Assembly (NCBI GenBank): GCA_031266895.1
Contig: JAISAD010000020.1
Span: 1-28,155 of the forward strand
DNA: 28,155 nt
Origin: Bacteroidales bacterium
GTDB taxonomy: Bacteria; Bacteroidota; Bacteroidia; Bacteroidales; WCHB1-69
Reading direction: 5' to 3'
Both the position numbers and the translations under genes were made by a program. Positions 17,477-26,503 of this stretch are shown here, in pieces; the stretch's first letter is position 1, and every line of letters starts with the position of its first letter. The notes below the pieces were generated by a model, which was given only the letters and a program-made list of their open reading frames with translations, was not told the DNA's origin and ran no database searches.

Positions 17477-18694
17477 CTAAATTCTGTTTTCCTGTTCATG
17501 CTTATATTTAAAGATAAACGCAAAAGCTATCGCTACAACAAGAGCAAAACCTGCGAAAATAAACCATGACTTGGGCCATAAATATTTGTCTATTATTATT
17601 CCGGCAAGGTATGAACCGATAAGCGCTCCAAAACCGTTAGTCATCAGCATAAAAACGCCTTGTGCTCTGTTGCGAATAGCTGGGTCGGTCTCTTTTTCCA
17701 CAAAAAGCGAACCTGAAATATTAAAGAAATCAAACGCTACCCCATAAACGAGCATAGAGAGGATGAACATCCAAACGCCTGCGCCCGGATCGCCTGCGCC
17801 CAAAAGACCAAAACGCAGCACCCATGCCAGCATCGAAATCAGCATCACAATTTTAATACCGAATTTTCGTAAAAAGAAGGGTATCAATAAGATGCAAAGA
17901 GCTTCCGAAATCTGCGAAAGAGAAATCAAAATAGTGGAGTGTTTTACGCCGAAAGTTTCGGCAAAATCGGGATTATTGCCGAAACTTACAATATAACTAT
18001 CTGCGAATCCGTTAGTTATTTGTAACGACATTCCGAGAAACATTGAAAAAATAAAGAAAATTGCCATTTTTTTCTGTTTAAACAACGAAAAGGCGCGAAG
18101 GCCAAGCGCTTCAATCCAATTTTTAGCGCTAACTTCTTTATTAATAACACAGTTTGGCAAAGTAAAAGCATAAATGCCGAGCAGAATACCCAGCCCGGAC
18201 GAAAGGTAAAGTTGGTTAGGCGTAGGACGAAAACCAAGCAAATCAACAGCCCACATGGCTACAATAAATCCCACTGTTCCAAAAACGCGAACAGGCGGAA
18301 AATGTTTAACTGCATCAAGATTTGATTTTGATAAAGCATTGTAAGCCACAGAATTAGATAGCGCAATGGTGGGCATATAAAATATTACGCCCAGCAATAT
18401 CAGGGGATAAAGTTCGCTGTATGCGGTTTGTCCTGCTGCCAAAAACATAAAAATGGCGCCGAAAATATGACACAGCCCCAATACTTTTTGAGCCGGCAGC
18501 CAGCGGTCGGCAATGATTCCCGTGACGGCCGGCATAAAGAGCGATGCAATGCCCATTGTGGCATAAAAACTGCCTATTTGCAAGCCCGAAAAATGGAGCG
18601 TGCCTTTCAAATAGGTTCCCAAAGAGATTAACCAGCTTCCCCAAACGCCATATTGGAGAAAATTCATTACAATTAAGCGAATTTTTGTATTCAT
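17477..18694 (-). CDS. MFS nucleoside:H+ symporter family permease (NupG/XapB-like)
   Basis: The N-terminus IRLIVMNFLQYGVWGSWLISLGTYL...IGSFYATMGIASLFMPAVTGIIADRWL tracks E. coli NupG. It has about 12 transmembrane helices. Length is 405 aa. Confidence 0.8.
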   Translation of the reverse strand: MNTKIRLIVMNFLQYGVWGSWLISLGTYLKGTLHFSGLQIGSFYATMGIASLFMPAVTGIIADRWLPAQKVLGLCHIFGAIFMFLAAGQTAYSELYPLILLGVIFYMPTIALSNSVAYNALSKSNLDAVKHFPPVRVFGTVGFIVAMWAVDLLGFRPTPNQLYLSSGLGILLGIYAFTLPNCVINKEVSAKNWIEALGLRAFSLFKQKKMAIFFIFSMFLGMSLQITNGFADSYIVSFGNNPDFAETFGVKHSTILISLSQISEALCILLIPFFLRKFGIKIVMLISMLAWVLRFGLLGAGDPGAGVWMFILSMLVYGVAFDFFNISGSLFVEKETDPAIRNRAQGVFMLMTNGFGALIGSYLAGIIIDKYLWPKSWFIFAGFALVVAIAFAFIFKYKHEQENRI

Positions 18695-18706
18695 AACATT
18701 AATTTT

Positions 18707-19318
18707 TTATTTTACTTTAAAATCCAAAACTTTTTCATCTTCCAAATATCCGGTAAGGCGGTCATTAATAGCTACATTCCCCACTCCGGATGGTGTTCCG
18801 GTAAAAATAATATCGCCCATTTTCAGGGTCATAAACTGCGATACATAGCTGATAACTCTGTCTATGCCAAAAATCATATCACCGCTGTTTCCCTGCTGCA
18901 CCGGCTTGCTGTTCAGATACAGCGCAAAGCGAATATGGGACATGTCCGGCAGGGTTGCCTTATCGCGAAACTTGCCGATAATGGCCGATCCGTCAAAGGC
19001 TTTGGCAATTTCCCAGGGATTACCCTCCCGCATACAGCGACGCTGCAGATCGCGAGCAGTAAAGTCAATGCCCAAGCCAATTTCATTGTAATAGGTATGG
19101 GCAAATTTCTCATTAATATATTTGCCCACTTTATTGATTTTTACTGTAATTTCCGCTTCATATTGTATTTCTTGTGAAAATTCGGGCAGAAAAAAGGGTC
19201 GATTTCGAGTAATCATAGCCGATTCGGGCTTTAAAAAAAAGACCGGTTCCTGTGGAATTTGATGGTCAAACTCCGCAATATGCTGCAAATAGTTTTTACC
19301 CGTACATATAATTTTCAT
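18707..19318 (-). CDS. Fumarylacetoacetate hydrolase (FAH) family protein
   Basis: MKIICTGKNY...PVFFLKP...ITVKIN...GIDFTARDLQ...GKFRDKA are characteristic of the FAH/HpcE-like fold. It is about 203 aa from the ATG at 19318. Confidence 0.7.
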   Translation of the reverse strand: MKIICTGKNYLQHIAEFDHQIPQEPVFFLKPESAMITRNRPFFLPEFSQEIQYEAEITVKINKVGKYINEKFAHTYYNEIGLGIDFTARDLQRRCMREGNPWEIAKAFDGSAIIGKFRDKATLPDMSHIRFALYLNSKPVQQGNSGDMIFGIDRVISYVSQFMTLKMGDIIFTGTPSGVGNVAINDRLTGYLEDEKVLDFKVK

Positions 19319-19430
19319 AATGCAAAAATAGTTAAAGTTTCTCAATTATAGTTATCCGGTTAGCTTACGTTATGCAGATACATAACTTTTTTTCTGTTGT
19401 TGTGTAATCTGAGTTATTCCCATGATCTTT

Positions 19431-20399
19431 TTACATCCCTATCAGCAAATTACAACCCCGCACTTCTGCACTGTCCATGCGCCCCAGAATTTCCATACCG
19501 CCATCATGGCGGCGGCGACCCAAATCGTCTGTGGCAATAAAAGCACAGGAGTGTTCATTGGCCAAGTCTATTACATTAATGAGGCCTGTGTCGAGTGTAG
19601 TGCTGTGCACGAGCGGATTACGTTCATCGCGCAGCAAAAACTTCATTTGGGGTGGCGTGTAAAAAATGTTGTTGCCATTGCTGTAAGCTTGCGACAGCAG
19701 TTCGCACATGCCATATTCGGAGTGAATTTTCGACACTCCAAATGCGGCAGTTAAAATAGCGTGCAGTTCCTCTTTTACCAACTCTTTCCGTCTCCCTTTC
19801 ATGCCGCCTGTTTCAAACACAATCAATTCGGGAAAAGACAACCTGTAATGTTCGGCAAAATTCAACAGAGCGTACGAAACGCCAAAAAGGATAACCCTGC
19901 ATCTTGCCGTTTTTAATTGTAGTAACCGATCAAAAAGTGTTTGATGATTATCCAAAAAATAGCCGTTGTAAGGCAAGGTAGATAATTGCATCATTTTGTC
20001 AATCATGTAAATAAGAGACGAATTTGGGTTTTCCTGATAGTTGGGAAGCAAGGCTAAAAAGGTATAATTTTCTATTGAGCCGTAAAAGTGGCAAAAAGAT
20101 TCTGTAAAACTGCGTTCATAAAGCGACAAGTCTTTGATATAGTGTTTGGATGGCTGCATTGAAGTAGTGCCACTGCTGAAAAAAACTGTTTGCGGGTTAA
20201 ATGTTCCGGAAACTATTTTATGTGTCTTGAAAAATGAAATCGGCAAAAAAGGCAACTCCTCTATCCTTGCAACATTATCAGGATTGCGTCTCAATAAATC
20301 ACAATATTGACGATAAATAATATTATTAAAATATTGATATTCAAATAATTGAAATGTTTTGGCGATAAACGGCGAAGAAATATTATTTTTTTCCAGCAT
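19431..20399 (-). CDS. LuxE/PaaK-like acyl-protein synthetase family protein
   Basis: It has an adenylate-forming SSGTTS motif and an overall LuxE-like layout. Length is 322 aa. It sits 15 nt downstream of the uvrA stop. Confidence 0.55.
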   Translation of the reverse strand: MLEKNNISSPFIAKTFQLFEYQYFNNIIYRQYCDLLRRNPDNVARIEELPFLPISFFKTHKIVSGTFNPQTVFFSSGTTSMQPSKHYIKDLSLYERSFTESFCHFYGSIENYTFLALLPNYQENPNSSLIYMIDKMMQLSTLPYNGYFLDNHQTLFDRLLQLKTARCRVILFGVSYALLNFAEHYRLSFPELIVFETGGMKGRRKELVKEELHAILTAAFGVSKIHSEYGMCELLSQAYSNGNNIFYTPPQMKFLLRDERNPLVHSTTLDTGLINVIDLANEHSCAFIATDDLGRRRHDGGMEILGRMDSAEVRGCNLLIGM

Positions 20400-20414
20400 A
20401 GCGCATTTTTCAAT

Positions 20415-23246
20415 TTACTTCAACTCCTTTGCCAAATATTGTGCTGTAAACCCTACCCCTTGCGCTACAATCTCTTCAGGCGTTCCGATAGCCACAATCT
20501 GACCGCCGCCTTTGCCTCCTTCCGGACCTAAATCAATAATGCGATCGGCCATTTTAATCACATCCATATTGTGTTCTATCACCAGTACGGTATTCCCCTT
20601 ATCTACCAATTTATTAAGTACATAGAGCAAGATGGAGATGTCATGGAAATGGAGTCCGGTAGTTGGTTCGTCCAAAATATAGAAAGTTTTGCCAGTGTCG
20701 CGCTTCGACAGTTCGGTAGCCAGCTTTACCCGCTGAGCTTCGCCACCCGACAGTGTAGTCGAAGACTGCCCAAGTCGGATGTAGCCCAATCCTACATCAT
20801 ACATTGTTTGCAATTTTTGCACAATGGCCGGAATATTTTCAAAGAAGGTAAGCGCTGTTTCAATGTCCATTTCCAGCACGTCGTTAATTGATTTGCCCTT
20901 GTAGCGTACTTCCAGTGTTTCATCGTTGTAACGCTTGCCATTGCAAGTTTCGCAGGTAACATAAACATCAGGCAGAAAATTCATTTCGATATTTTTCATG
21001 CCACCGCCTTTACACTCTTCGCATCGGCCGCCTTTCACGTTAAAGGAGAATCGACCGGGTTTATAACCCCTGATTTTCGATTCCGGAAGGTTGGTAAAAA
21101 GTTGTCGAATTTCATCGAAAACGCCCACATAAGTAACCGGATTGGAGCGTGGTGTACGCCCGATAGGCTGCTGATCAATTTCAATTACTTTGTCAAAAAA
21201 ATCCAATCCTTGTATTTCTTTGTATCGTAATGGTTTACGATCGCTGCGATAAAAATGATGACTCAAAATCGGATAAAGGGTCTCATTTATCAGCGAGGAT
21301 TTGCCACTTCCCGACACGCCCGTAATACAGATAAATGTACTTTCGGGAAAGGCAACTGTTATATTTTTCAGATTGTTGCCGGAGGCGCCTTTCAGTATCA
21401 GACAGTTACCTGTGCCCTTGCGGCGCTGTTCGGGCACGGCTATTTGTTTTCGTCCTGTAAGATAATCGGCTGTAATAGAGTGATTTTTCAAAATATCTTG
21501 ATAAGAGCCAATGGCGTCAATTTGTCCGCCATGTGCACCGGCAGCCGGCCCCACATCCACAATAAAATCGGCGGCCTCCATCATTTCGCGGTCATGTTCC
21601 ACCACAATAATGGAGTTTCCCGAATCGCGCAGTTCCTGCAGAGATTTGATAAGTCGGTGGTTGTCGCGCTGATGCAGTCCAATACTTGGTTCGTCTAAAA
21701 TATAGAGTACATTAACCAGCTGCGAGCTGATTTGCGTAGCCAAACGGATGCGCTGCGCTTCACCACCCGACAGGCTTTTGGCGCTACGGTTGAGCGACAG
21801 ATATTGAATGCCAATGCCGGCTAAGAAGTGCAATCGACTCTTAATTTCACGAATAATTTCGTAAGCAATCTGCCGTTGTCGCTCGTCAAAGTATTGGGGG
21901 CAGACGGTTATCCATTCCAGCAACTCCGAAATGTCCATAGCGGCAAGCTCGGCAATATTTTTTTCTCCGATTTTAAACTGTAGCGACTCCGATTTCAACC
22001 GTGCCCCATGGCATTCAGGGCATTCTGTTTCATTGATAAACTGCGTAATCCATTTCTTAATAGCGGCCGGCGCAGATTCATAATCGAAATCGCGCAAAAA
22101 GTTAACAACTCCCTGATATTCCATTCTGACATCTGACAATCCAGCCACCTCGCGTTTTACAAAAAGCGCTTCGTCAGACCCATAGAGAATAATGTTTAAT
22201 ATATTATCAGATAATGTATTAACAGGGTCATCTAAAGAAAAATCATGTTTAGTGCTCAAAGCCTCTAATTGCTTGAAAAAAGTATTGTTTTTATAAGCGC
22301 CAATCGGAGCAATAGCACCCTGTCGGATAGAGAGTTTTTCGTTAGGTATAATCTTTTCGCGGTCAATTTCGGAAACAAAGCCAAGCCCGTTACACTTTTC
22401 ACAAGCGCCATAAGGAGAATTAAACGAAAAGGTATTTGGCTCAGGGTCGGGATAAGAAATTCCTGATGTGGGGCACATCAGAAATTTACTGTAATTCTTA
22501 ATTTCGCCGGTTTTGTTATCATATACTGCCAATTCCCCTTTACCGTGTTTTAGTGCCAATCGTAAACTGTTAATCAGTCGTGTGCTAACAGTATCGCTTA
22601 CCTCTATGGCATCAATTACTACCTCAATATCATGAATTTTATAACGGTTCACCATCATATTGAGTGTCAGGTTTTTAAACTCTCCATCTATCCGCACTTT
22701 TACAAAACCCTGTTTGCGAATATTTTCAAACAACTCTTTATAGTGTCCCTTGCGACGTTTCACAACGGGGGCGAGCAGCATAATTTTCTTATTGTTAAAG
22801 TAGTTTAAAATCAAGTCAATAAGCTCTTTTTCGCTGTAGCGTACCATTTTTTCACCTGTAATTATAGAAAAGGCATTTGCTGCCCGCGCATAGAGCAATC
22901 GCAAAAAATCATACACTTCGGTAATGGTGCCCACTGTAGAGCGGGGATTTTTATTCACCGTTTTCTGCTCAATGGAAATCACGGGATTAAGACCGGTAAT
23001 CTTATCTACATCAGGGTGATTGAGATTGCCGATAAATTGCCGTGCATAAGCCGAAAAGGTTTCCATGTAACGCCGCTGCCCTTCGGCATAAAGAGTGTCA
23101 AAAGCCAGTGAAGATTTCCCGCTTCCACTTAATCCTGTGATTACTACCAATTTATGCTGAGGAATTTCCAAAGATATATTTTTCAGATTATTTTCTCGTG
23201 CTCCACAGATCACCAATTTGTCTTCAGCAAAATTTCGTTCGCTCAT
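20415..23246 (-). CDS. uvrA: Excinuclease ABC subunit A
   Basis: ICGARENNLKNISLEIP...VITGLSGSGKSSLAFDTLYAEGQRRY is followed by two ABC modules (LSGGEAQR twice) and zinc-finger Cys pairs. It is about 943 aa from the ATG at 23246. The 81 codons upstream in the ORF have no similarity. Confidence 0.95.
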   Translation of the reverse strand: MSERNFAEDKLVICGARENNLKNISLEIPQHKLVVITGLSGSGKSSLAFDTLYAEGQRRYMETFSAYARQFIGNLNHPDVDKITGLNPVISIEQKTVNKNPRSTVGTITEVYDFLRLLYARAANAFSIITGEKMVRYSEKELIDLILNYFNNKKIMLLAPVVKRRKGHYKELFENIRKQGFVKVRIDGEFKNLTLNMMVNRYKIHDIEVVIDAIEVSDTVSTRLINSLRLALKHGKGELAVYDNKTGEIKNYSKFLMCPTSGISYPDPEPNTFSFNSPYGACEKCNGLGFVSEIDREKIIPNEKLSIRQGAIAPIGAYKNNTFFKQLEALSTKHDFSLDDPVNTLSDNILNIILYGSDEALFVKREVAGLSDVRMEYQGVVNFLRDFDYESAPAAIKKWITQFINETECPECHGARLKSESLQFKIGEKNIAELAAMDISELLEWITVCPQYFDERQRQIAYEIIREIKSRLHFLAGIGIQYLSLNRSAKSLSGGEAQRIRLATQISSQLVNVLYILDEPSIGLHQRDNHRLIKSLQELRDSGNSIIVVEHDREMMEAADFIVDVGPAAGAHGGQIDAIGSYQDILKNHSITADYLTGRKQIAVPEQRRKGTGNCLILKGASGNNLKNITVAFPESTFICITGVSGSGKSSLINETLYPILSHHFYRSDRKPLRYKEIQGLDFFDKVIEIDQQPIGRTPRSNPVTYVGVFDEIRQLFTNLPESKIRGYKPGRFSFNVKGGRCEECKGGGMKNIEMNFLPDVYVTCETCNGKRYNDETLEVRYKGKSINDVLEMDIETALTFFENIPAIVQKLQTMYDVGLGYIRLGQSSTTLSGGEAQRVKLATELSKRDTGKTFYILDEPTTGLHFHDISILLYVLNKLVDKGNTVLVIEHNMDVIKMADRIIDLGPEGGKGGGQIVAIGTPEEIVAQGVGFTAQYLAKELK

Positions 23247-23302
23247 TCTTATTTTTCCGTTTTTAAAAAAGAGGTGCAAATGTACGTTTTTTCTCGGAAT
23301 AA

Positions 23303-23321
23303 TTTTTTTGTATTTTTGCAA
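23303..23321 (+). promoter_or_regulatory. Putative promoter core for the alcohol dehydrogenase gene
   Basis: The 19-mer tttttttgtatttttgcaa, containing TATTTTTG, lies 85 nt before the ATG at 23406. The identical 19-mer is at 5580-5598 before apt. Confidence 0.3.
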
Positions 23322-23405
23322 CACAGAAATATTTCGAGTGATGAAGGCAACTTTAGCTCTTAAAAATGAAATTTTGAAAAAACATCTGTAAAATAAATAT
23401 ATATA

Positions 23406-24557
23406 ATGAAAAATTTCAAATATAGAAATCCGGTAAAAATCCTCTTTGGAGAGGGCATGATTAAAGAGATGAGCAAAGAAATTGCTCAAAAAGAACGTAT
23501 TTTATTGATTTATGGAGGTGGCAGCATCTTCAAAAATGGCGTTTATAAACAGGTTACCGAAGCTTTGGAAGGCTACCAGCTCTTTGAGTTTGGTGGTATT
23601 GAACCTAATCCGCATTACGAAACTTGCGTGAGAGCGGTTGAGTTTATTCATAAAGAAAACATCACTTTTGTGCTGGCCGTAGGAGGCGGATCGGTAATTG
23701 ATGCCACCAAATTTATTGTGGCAGCGGCTTGTTATAAAGGCGATGCCTGGGATTTGATGCTCGGCAATGCGCCCATTAAGGCAGCCCTGCCATTTGGTAC
23801 GGTGCTGACTTTGCCTGCTACCGGTTCCGAAATGAACTCGGGCTTTGTGATTACCAAACATGCCACTCAAGAGAAGTTAGCTATGGGTTCACCGCTCTGT
23901 TTTCCCCAATTTTCTGTACTTGACCCGCTAACTACCCTTTCGTTACCCGCTACACAGACCGCTAACGGCATTATTGATGCCTTTGTGCATGTTACGGAAC
24001 AATATGTTACCTGTCCACAAGACGCTCCGCTGCAAGACCGTTTTGCCGAATCTATTCTGCAAGTGCTGGTGGAAGAGGGGAAAAAAATAGTGGCCGATCC
24101 CAGCAATGTGGCGGTGCGTGCCAACATTATGTGGGCGGCCACATGGGCACTCAACAATTGGATTGGACAAGGGGTGGATGATGATTGGGCAACTCACATG
24201 ATTGGACACGAATTAACTGCTTTTCACGGCATTGATCATGGACAAACTCTCGCCATTGTGCTGCCTGGCCTGCTGGATGTGATGCGAAATTACAAGAAAG
24301 CTAAAATTATTCAAATGGGGGAACGGGTATTCCATATCCATGCTAATAATGAACAGGAAGCGATAAATCAAACGATTGAAGCAGTAGAAAAATTCTTTAA
24401 TTCGTTGGGAATCAAAACCAGACTTTCAGATTATAATGTAACCGAAACGGTAATTCCCAAAATAGTACAGCGTTTTCAAGAACGTGGCTGGCTGCTCGGG
24501 GAAGAGGAGCGAATTACGCCCGAAATAGTAGCGGAAATTTTGAGACGCAGATTATAA
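23406..24557 (+). CDS. Iron-containing (group III) alcohol dehydrogenase, YqhD/BdhA-like
   Basis: It has the GGGSVIDATKF NAD(P)-binding motif and metal-binding His residues in HMIGHELTAFHGIDHG. Length is 383 aa. Confidence 0.85.
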   Translation: MKNFKYRNPVKILFGEGMIKEMSKEIAQKERILLIYGGGSIFKNGVYKQVTEALEGYQLFEFGGIEPNPHYETCVRAVEFIHKENITFVLAVGGGSVIDATKFIVAAACYKGDAWDLMLGNAPIKAALPFGTVLTLPATGSEMNSGFVITKHATQEKLAMGSPLCFPQFSVLDPLTTLSLPATQTANGIIDAFVHVTEQYVTCPQDAPLQDRFAESILQVLVEEGKKIVADPSNVAVRANIMWAATWALNNWIGQGVDDDWATHMIGHELTAFHGIDHGQTLAIVLPGLLDVMRNYKKAKIIQMGERVFHIHANNEQEAINQTIEAVEKFFNSLGIKTRLSDYNVTETVIPKIVQRFQERGWLLGEEERITPEIVAEILRRRL

Positions 24558-24566
24558 TAGATATTT

Positions 24567-24785
24567 CTATTTCAACAAATCGTAAATATAGCTCCTGCGC
24601 TCCTTTTTTGAATTAAAGGACATGTTATTTCGCTTGATTCGGATTTTTGCCTTTTCGTAATTAAAAGTGTGGATATAAGATAATTGAGCGTATAGAAAAT
24701 TATGCCTTACCGAAAAAGTGCCATAAGTATCGTGAAAATGGCAGGCATAATAGCCTGAAGTATAATCTTTGAATGCAAACCGCAA
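24567..24785 (-). CDS. Doubtful 72-aa ORF in the AT-rich adh-acyltransferase spacer
   Basis: It is an ORF only, with no recognisable motif and no obvious start context. Confidence 0.12.
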   Translation of the reverse strand: MRFAFKDYTSGYYACHFHDTYGTFSVRHNFLYAQLSYIHTFNYEKAKIRIKRNNMSFNSKKERRSYIYDLLK

Positions 24786-24830
24786 CTTTGCGAGGCGCTG
24801 AAAAAAGACATGTGTGTACGTTAAAATTTT

Positions 24831-24844
24831 TCTTACTTTTGCAA
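24831..24844 (+). promoter_or_regulatory. Putative promoter core (tcttacttttgcaa, TACTTTTG -7 box) for the N-acyltransferase gene
   Basis: It lies about 50 nt upstream of the ATG at 24891. The identical 14-mer is at 2949-2962 before nfeD. Confidence 0.3.
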
Positions 24845-24890
24845 ACTAAAAGCGAACAACCTTTTTTGTGATACAAATCAACTGTTTAGA

Positions 24891-25868
24891 ATGAAAAAAA
24901 TTATCGACCCTATTGATAAAATACTGATTAAGAAGGAATTATCATTAGACAAATTTTTGCGCAAAACCAATTCCGGAGGCAACTCCATTTACCTGTTAGA
25001 TGCGCACGATTCGCCTAATACCATGCGTGAAATCGGTCGATTACGTGAAAAGACATTTCGTCTGGCCGGTGGTGGCACAGGCGAAGAGGTAGATATTGAC
25101 ATCTACGATACGGCGGCAGTACCCTTTAAGCAACTGATTGTTTGGAACGATAAGCAGGAGGAAATCATTAGCGCCTACCGCTTTATTCTGGGAAAAGATG
25201 TGCCGCTTGATAACAAAGGCTACCCGCATACCCCTACTTCAAAGTTATTTCGCTTTTCAAAAAAATTTATCGAAAACGAATGGCAGGACAGTATTGAATT
25301 AGGGCGCAGTTTTGTGCAATCCAAATATCAGGCCACTACTAACCCTCGCGTAGGCCTCTTTTCACTTGATAATGTGTGGGATGGCTTAGGAACATTGGTT
25401 GTCGATCATCCCGAATGTAAGTATTTTTTCGGAAAAATGACAATTTACAATAGTTACAATCGCATTGCGCGTAATTTTGTTATCCATTTTTTGAACAAGC
25501 ATTTTAAGGGCGACGAATCCCTGATGCAGCCTTACGAATCTTTGGACATGATGGAAAATGACGAAGAATTAAAAGCTATTTTCTGTAAATCTTCCTTTGA
25601 AGAGGATTTCAAAATTTTGAACAAGCAAATCCGCGAATTGCGGGAAAGCGTACCGCCACTGGTGAAAACCTACATGTCGCTATCGCCATCAATGCAATGT
25701 TTTGGCTCATCTGCCAATGCCGAATTTGGACCAGTGGAAGAGATTGCTATTTTAATCAAAGTCAGCGATATATATGAAAATAAAAAGATTAGGCACATCT
25801 ATTCTTACAAATCAAAACGGTTGCGCCAATTACTGCAACGCCTGCTGTGGATACGAAGAACCCGATAA
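24891..25868 (+). CDS. GNAT-fold N-acyltransferase of the OlsB/GlsB type, often annotated as putative hemolysin
   Basis: The N-terminal region ELSLDKFLRKTNSGGNSIYLLDAHDSPNTMREIGRLREKTFRLAGGGTGEEVDIDIYD matches the Acetyltransf_5/OlsB-like family as I remember it. Length is 325 aa. Confidence 0.5.
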   Translation: MKKIIDPIDKILIKKELSLDKFLRKTNSGGNSIYLLDAHDSPNTMREIGRLREKTFRLAGGGTGEEVDIDIYDTAAVPFKQLIVWNDKQEEIISAYRFILGKDVPLDNKGYPHTPTSKLFRFSKKFIENEWQDSIELGRSFVQSKYQATTNPRVGLFSLDNVWDGLGTLVVDHPECKYFFGKMTIYNSYNRIARNFVIHFLNKHFKGDESLMQPYESLDMMENDEELKAIFCKSSFEEDFKILNKQIRELRESVPPLVKTYMSLSPSMQCFGSSANAEFGPVEEIAILIKVSDIYENKKIRHIYSYKSKRLRQLLQRLLWIRRTR

Positions 25869-25870
25869 CT

Positions 25871-26503
25871 ATGCAACTTAAAACCATTAAATTTTTGCAA
25901 AGTGAAGCCGACTGGCGGCGTTGCCCTCCGCCGGCATTGCCCGAATTTGCCTTTATTGGGCGTTCTAATGTGGGGAAATCTTCGTTGATTAATATGCTGG
26001 CTAATCATAAATCGTTGGCCAAAATCTCATCAAAACCGGGTAAAACGCGGACTATCAACCATTTTCTGGTCAATAATGCCTGGTATTTAGTTGATTTGCC
26101 TGGTTATGGTTACGCTGTGGTTTCCAAAACCATGCGTGCTAAATGGGAAAGCATGATACGTGACTATCTTAATTTCCGTACCAATTTGCAAATTGTTTTT
26201 GTACTGATAGATAGCAGGCTGGAACCTCAGCAAAAGGATATTGATTTTATTAATACACTGGGCGAATTGGGATTGCCTTTTGCCTTGATTTTTACCAAAG
26301 CCGATAAGTTGAGTGCAACCGCAACTCATCAAAATATAATGCAATTTCGCCAAAAATTACTGGAAACATGGGAAGAACTTCCTGCCCATTTTATCACTTC
26401 TGCAGTTACGGCAAAAGGCAGGGAAGAGTTGCTGAACTATATAGAACAAATTATAAATCAATCAAATACAGAAATTAATAGAAATCAAAATGAAGAAAAT
26501 TAG
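25871..26503 (+). CDS. engB: Ribosome-biogenesis GTPase EngB/YihA
   Basis: G1 is FIGRSNVGKSSLIN, G3 is DLPGYGYA, G4 is TKADK. The ATG at 25871 is 2 nt after the upstream stop. An alternative ATG at 25847 would overlap. Confidence 0.85.
   Translation: MQLKTIKFLQSEADWRRCPPPALPEFAFIGRSNVGKSSLINMLANHKSLAKISSKPGKTRTINHFLVNNAWYLVDLPGYGYAVVSKTMRAKWESMIRDYLNFRTNLQIVFVLIDSRLEPQQKDIDFINTLGELGLPFALIFTKADKLSATATHQNIMQFRQKLLETWEELPAHFITSAVTAKGREELLNYIEQIINQSNTEINRNQNEEN

Noticed and set aside
19384-19408. A hairpin gttatg-cagata-cataac followed by a T-run
   Set aside because: The stem is only 6 bp. It is oriented for plus-strand termination, whereas both neighbouring genes are on the minus strand.
23247-23489. 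An 81-codon in-frame extension upstream of uvrA, with similar upstream ORF extensions for apt, ilvE, folB, murG, the FAH gene and engB
   Set aside because: The conserved N-termini of these proteins begin at internal ATGs. The extensions are AT-rich leader with no similarity and simply lack stop codons.
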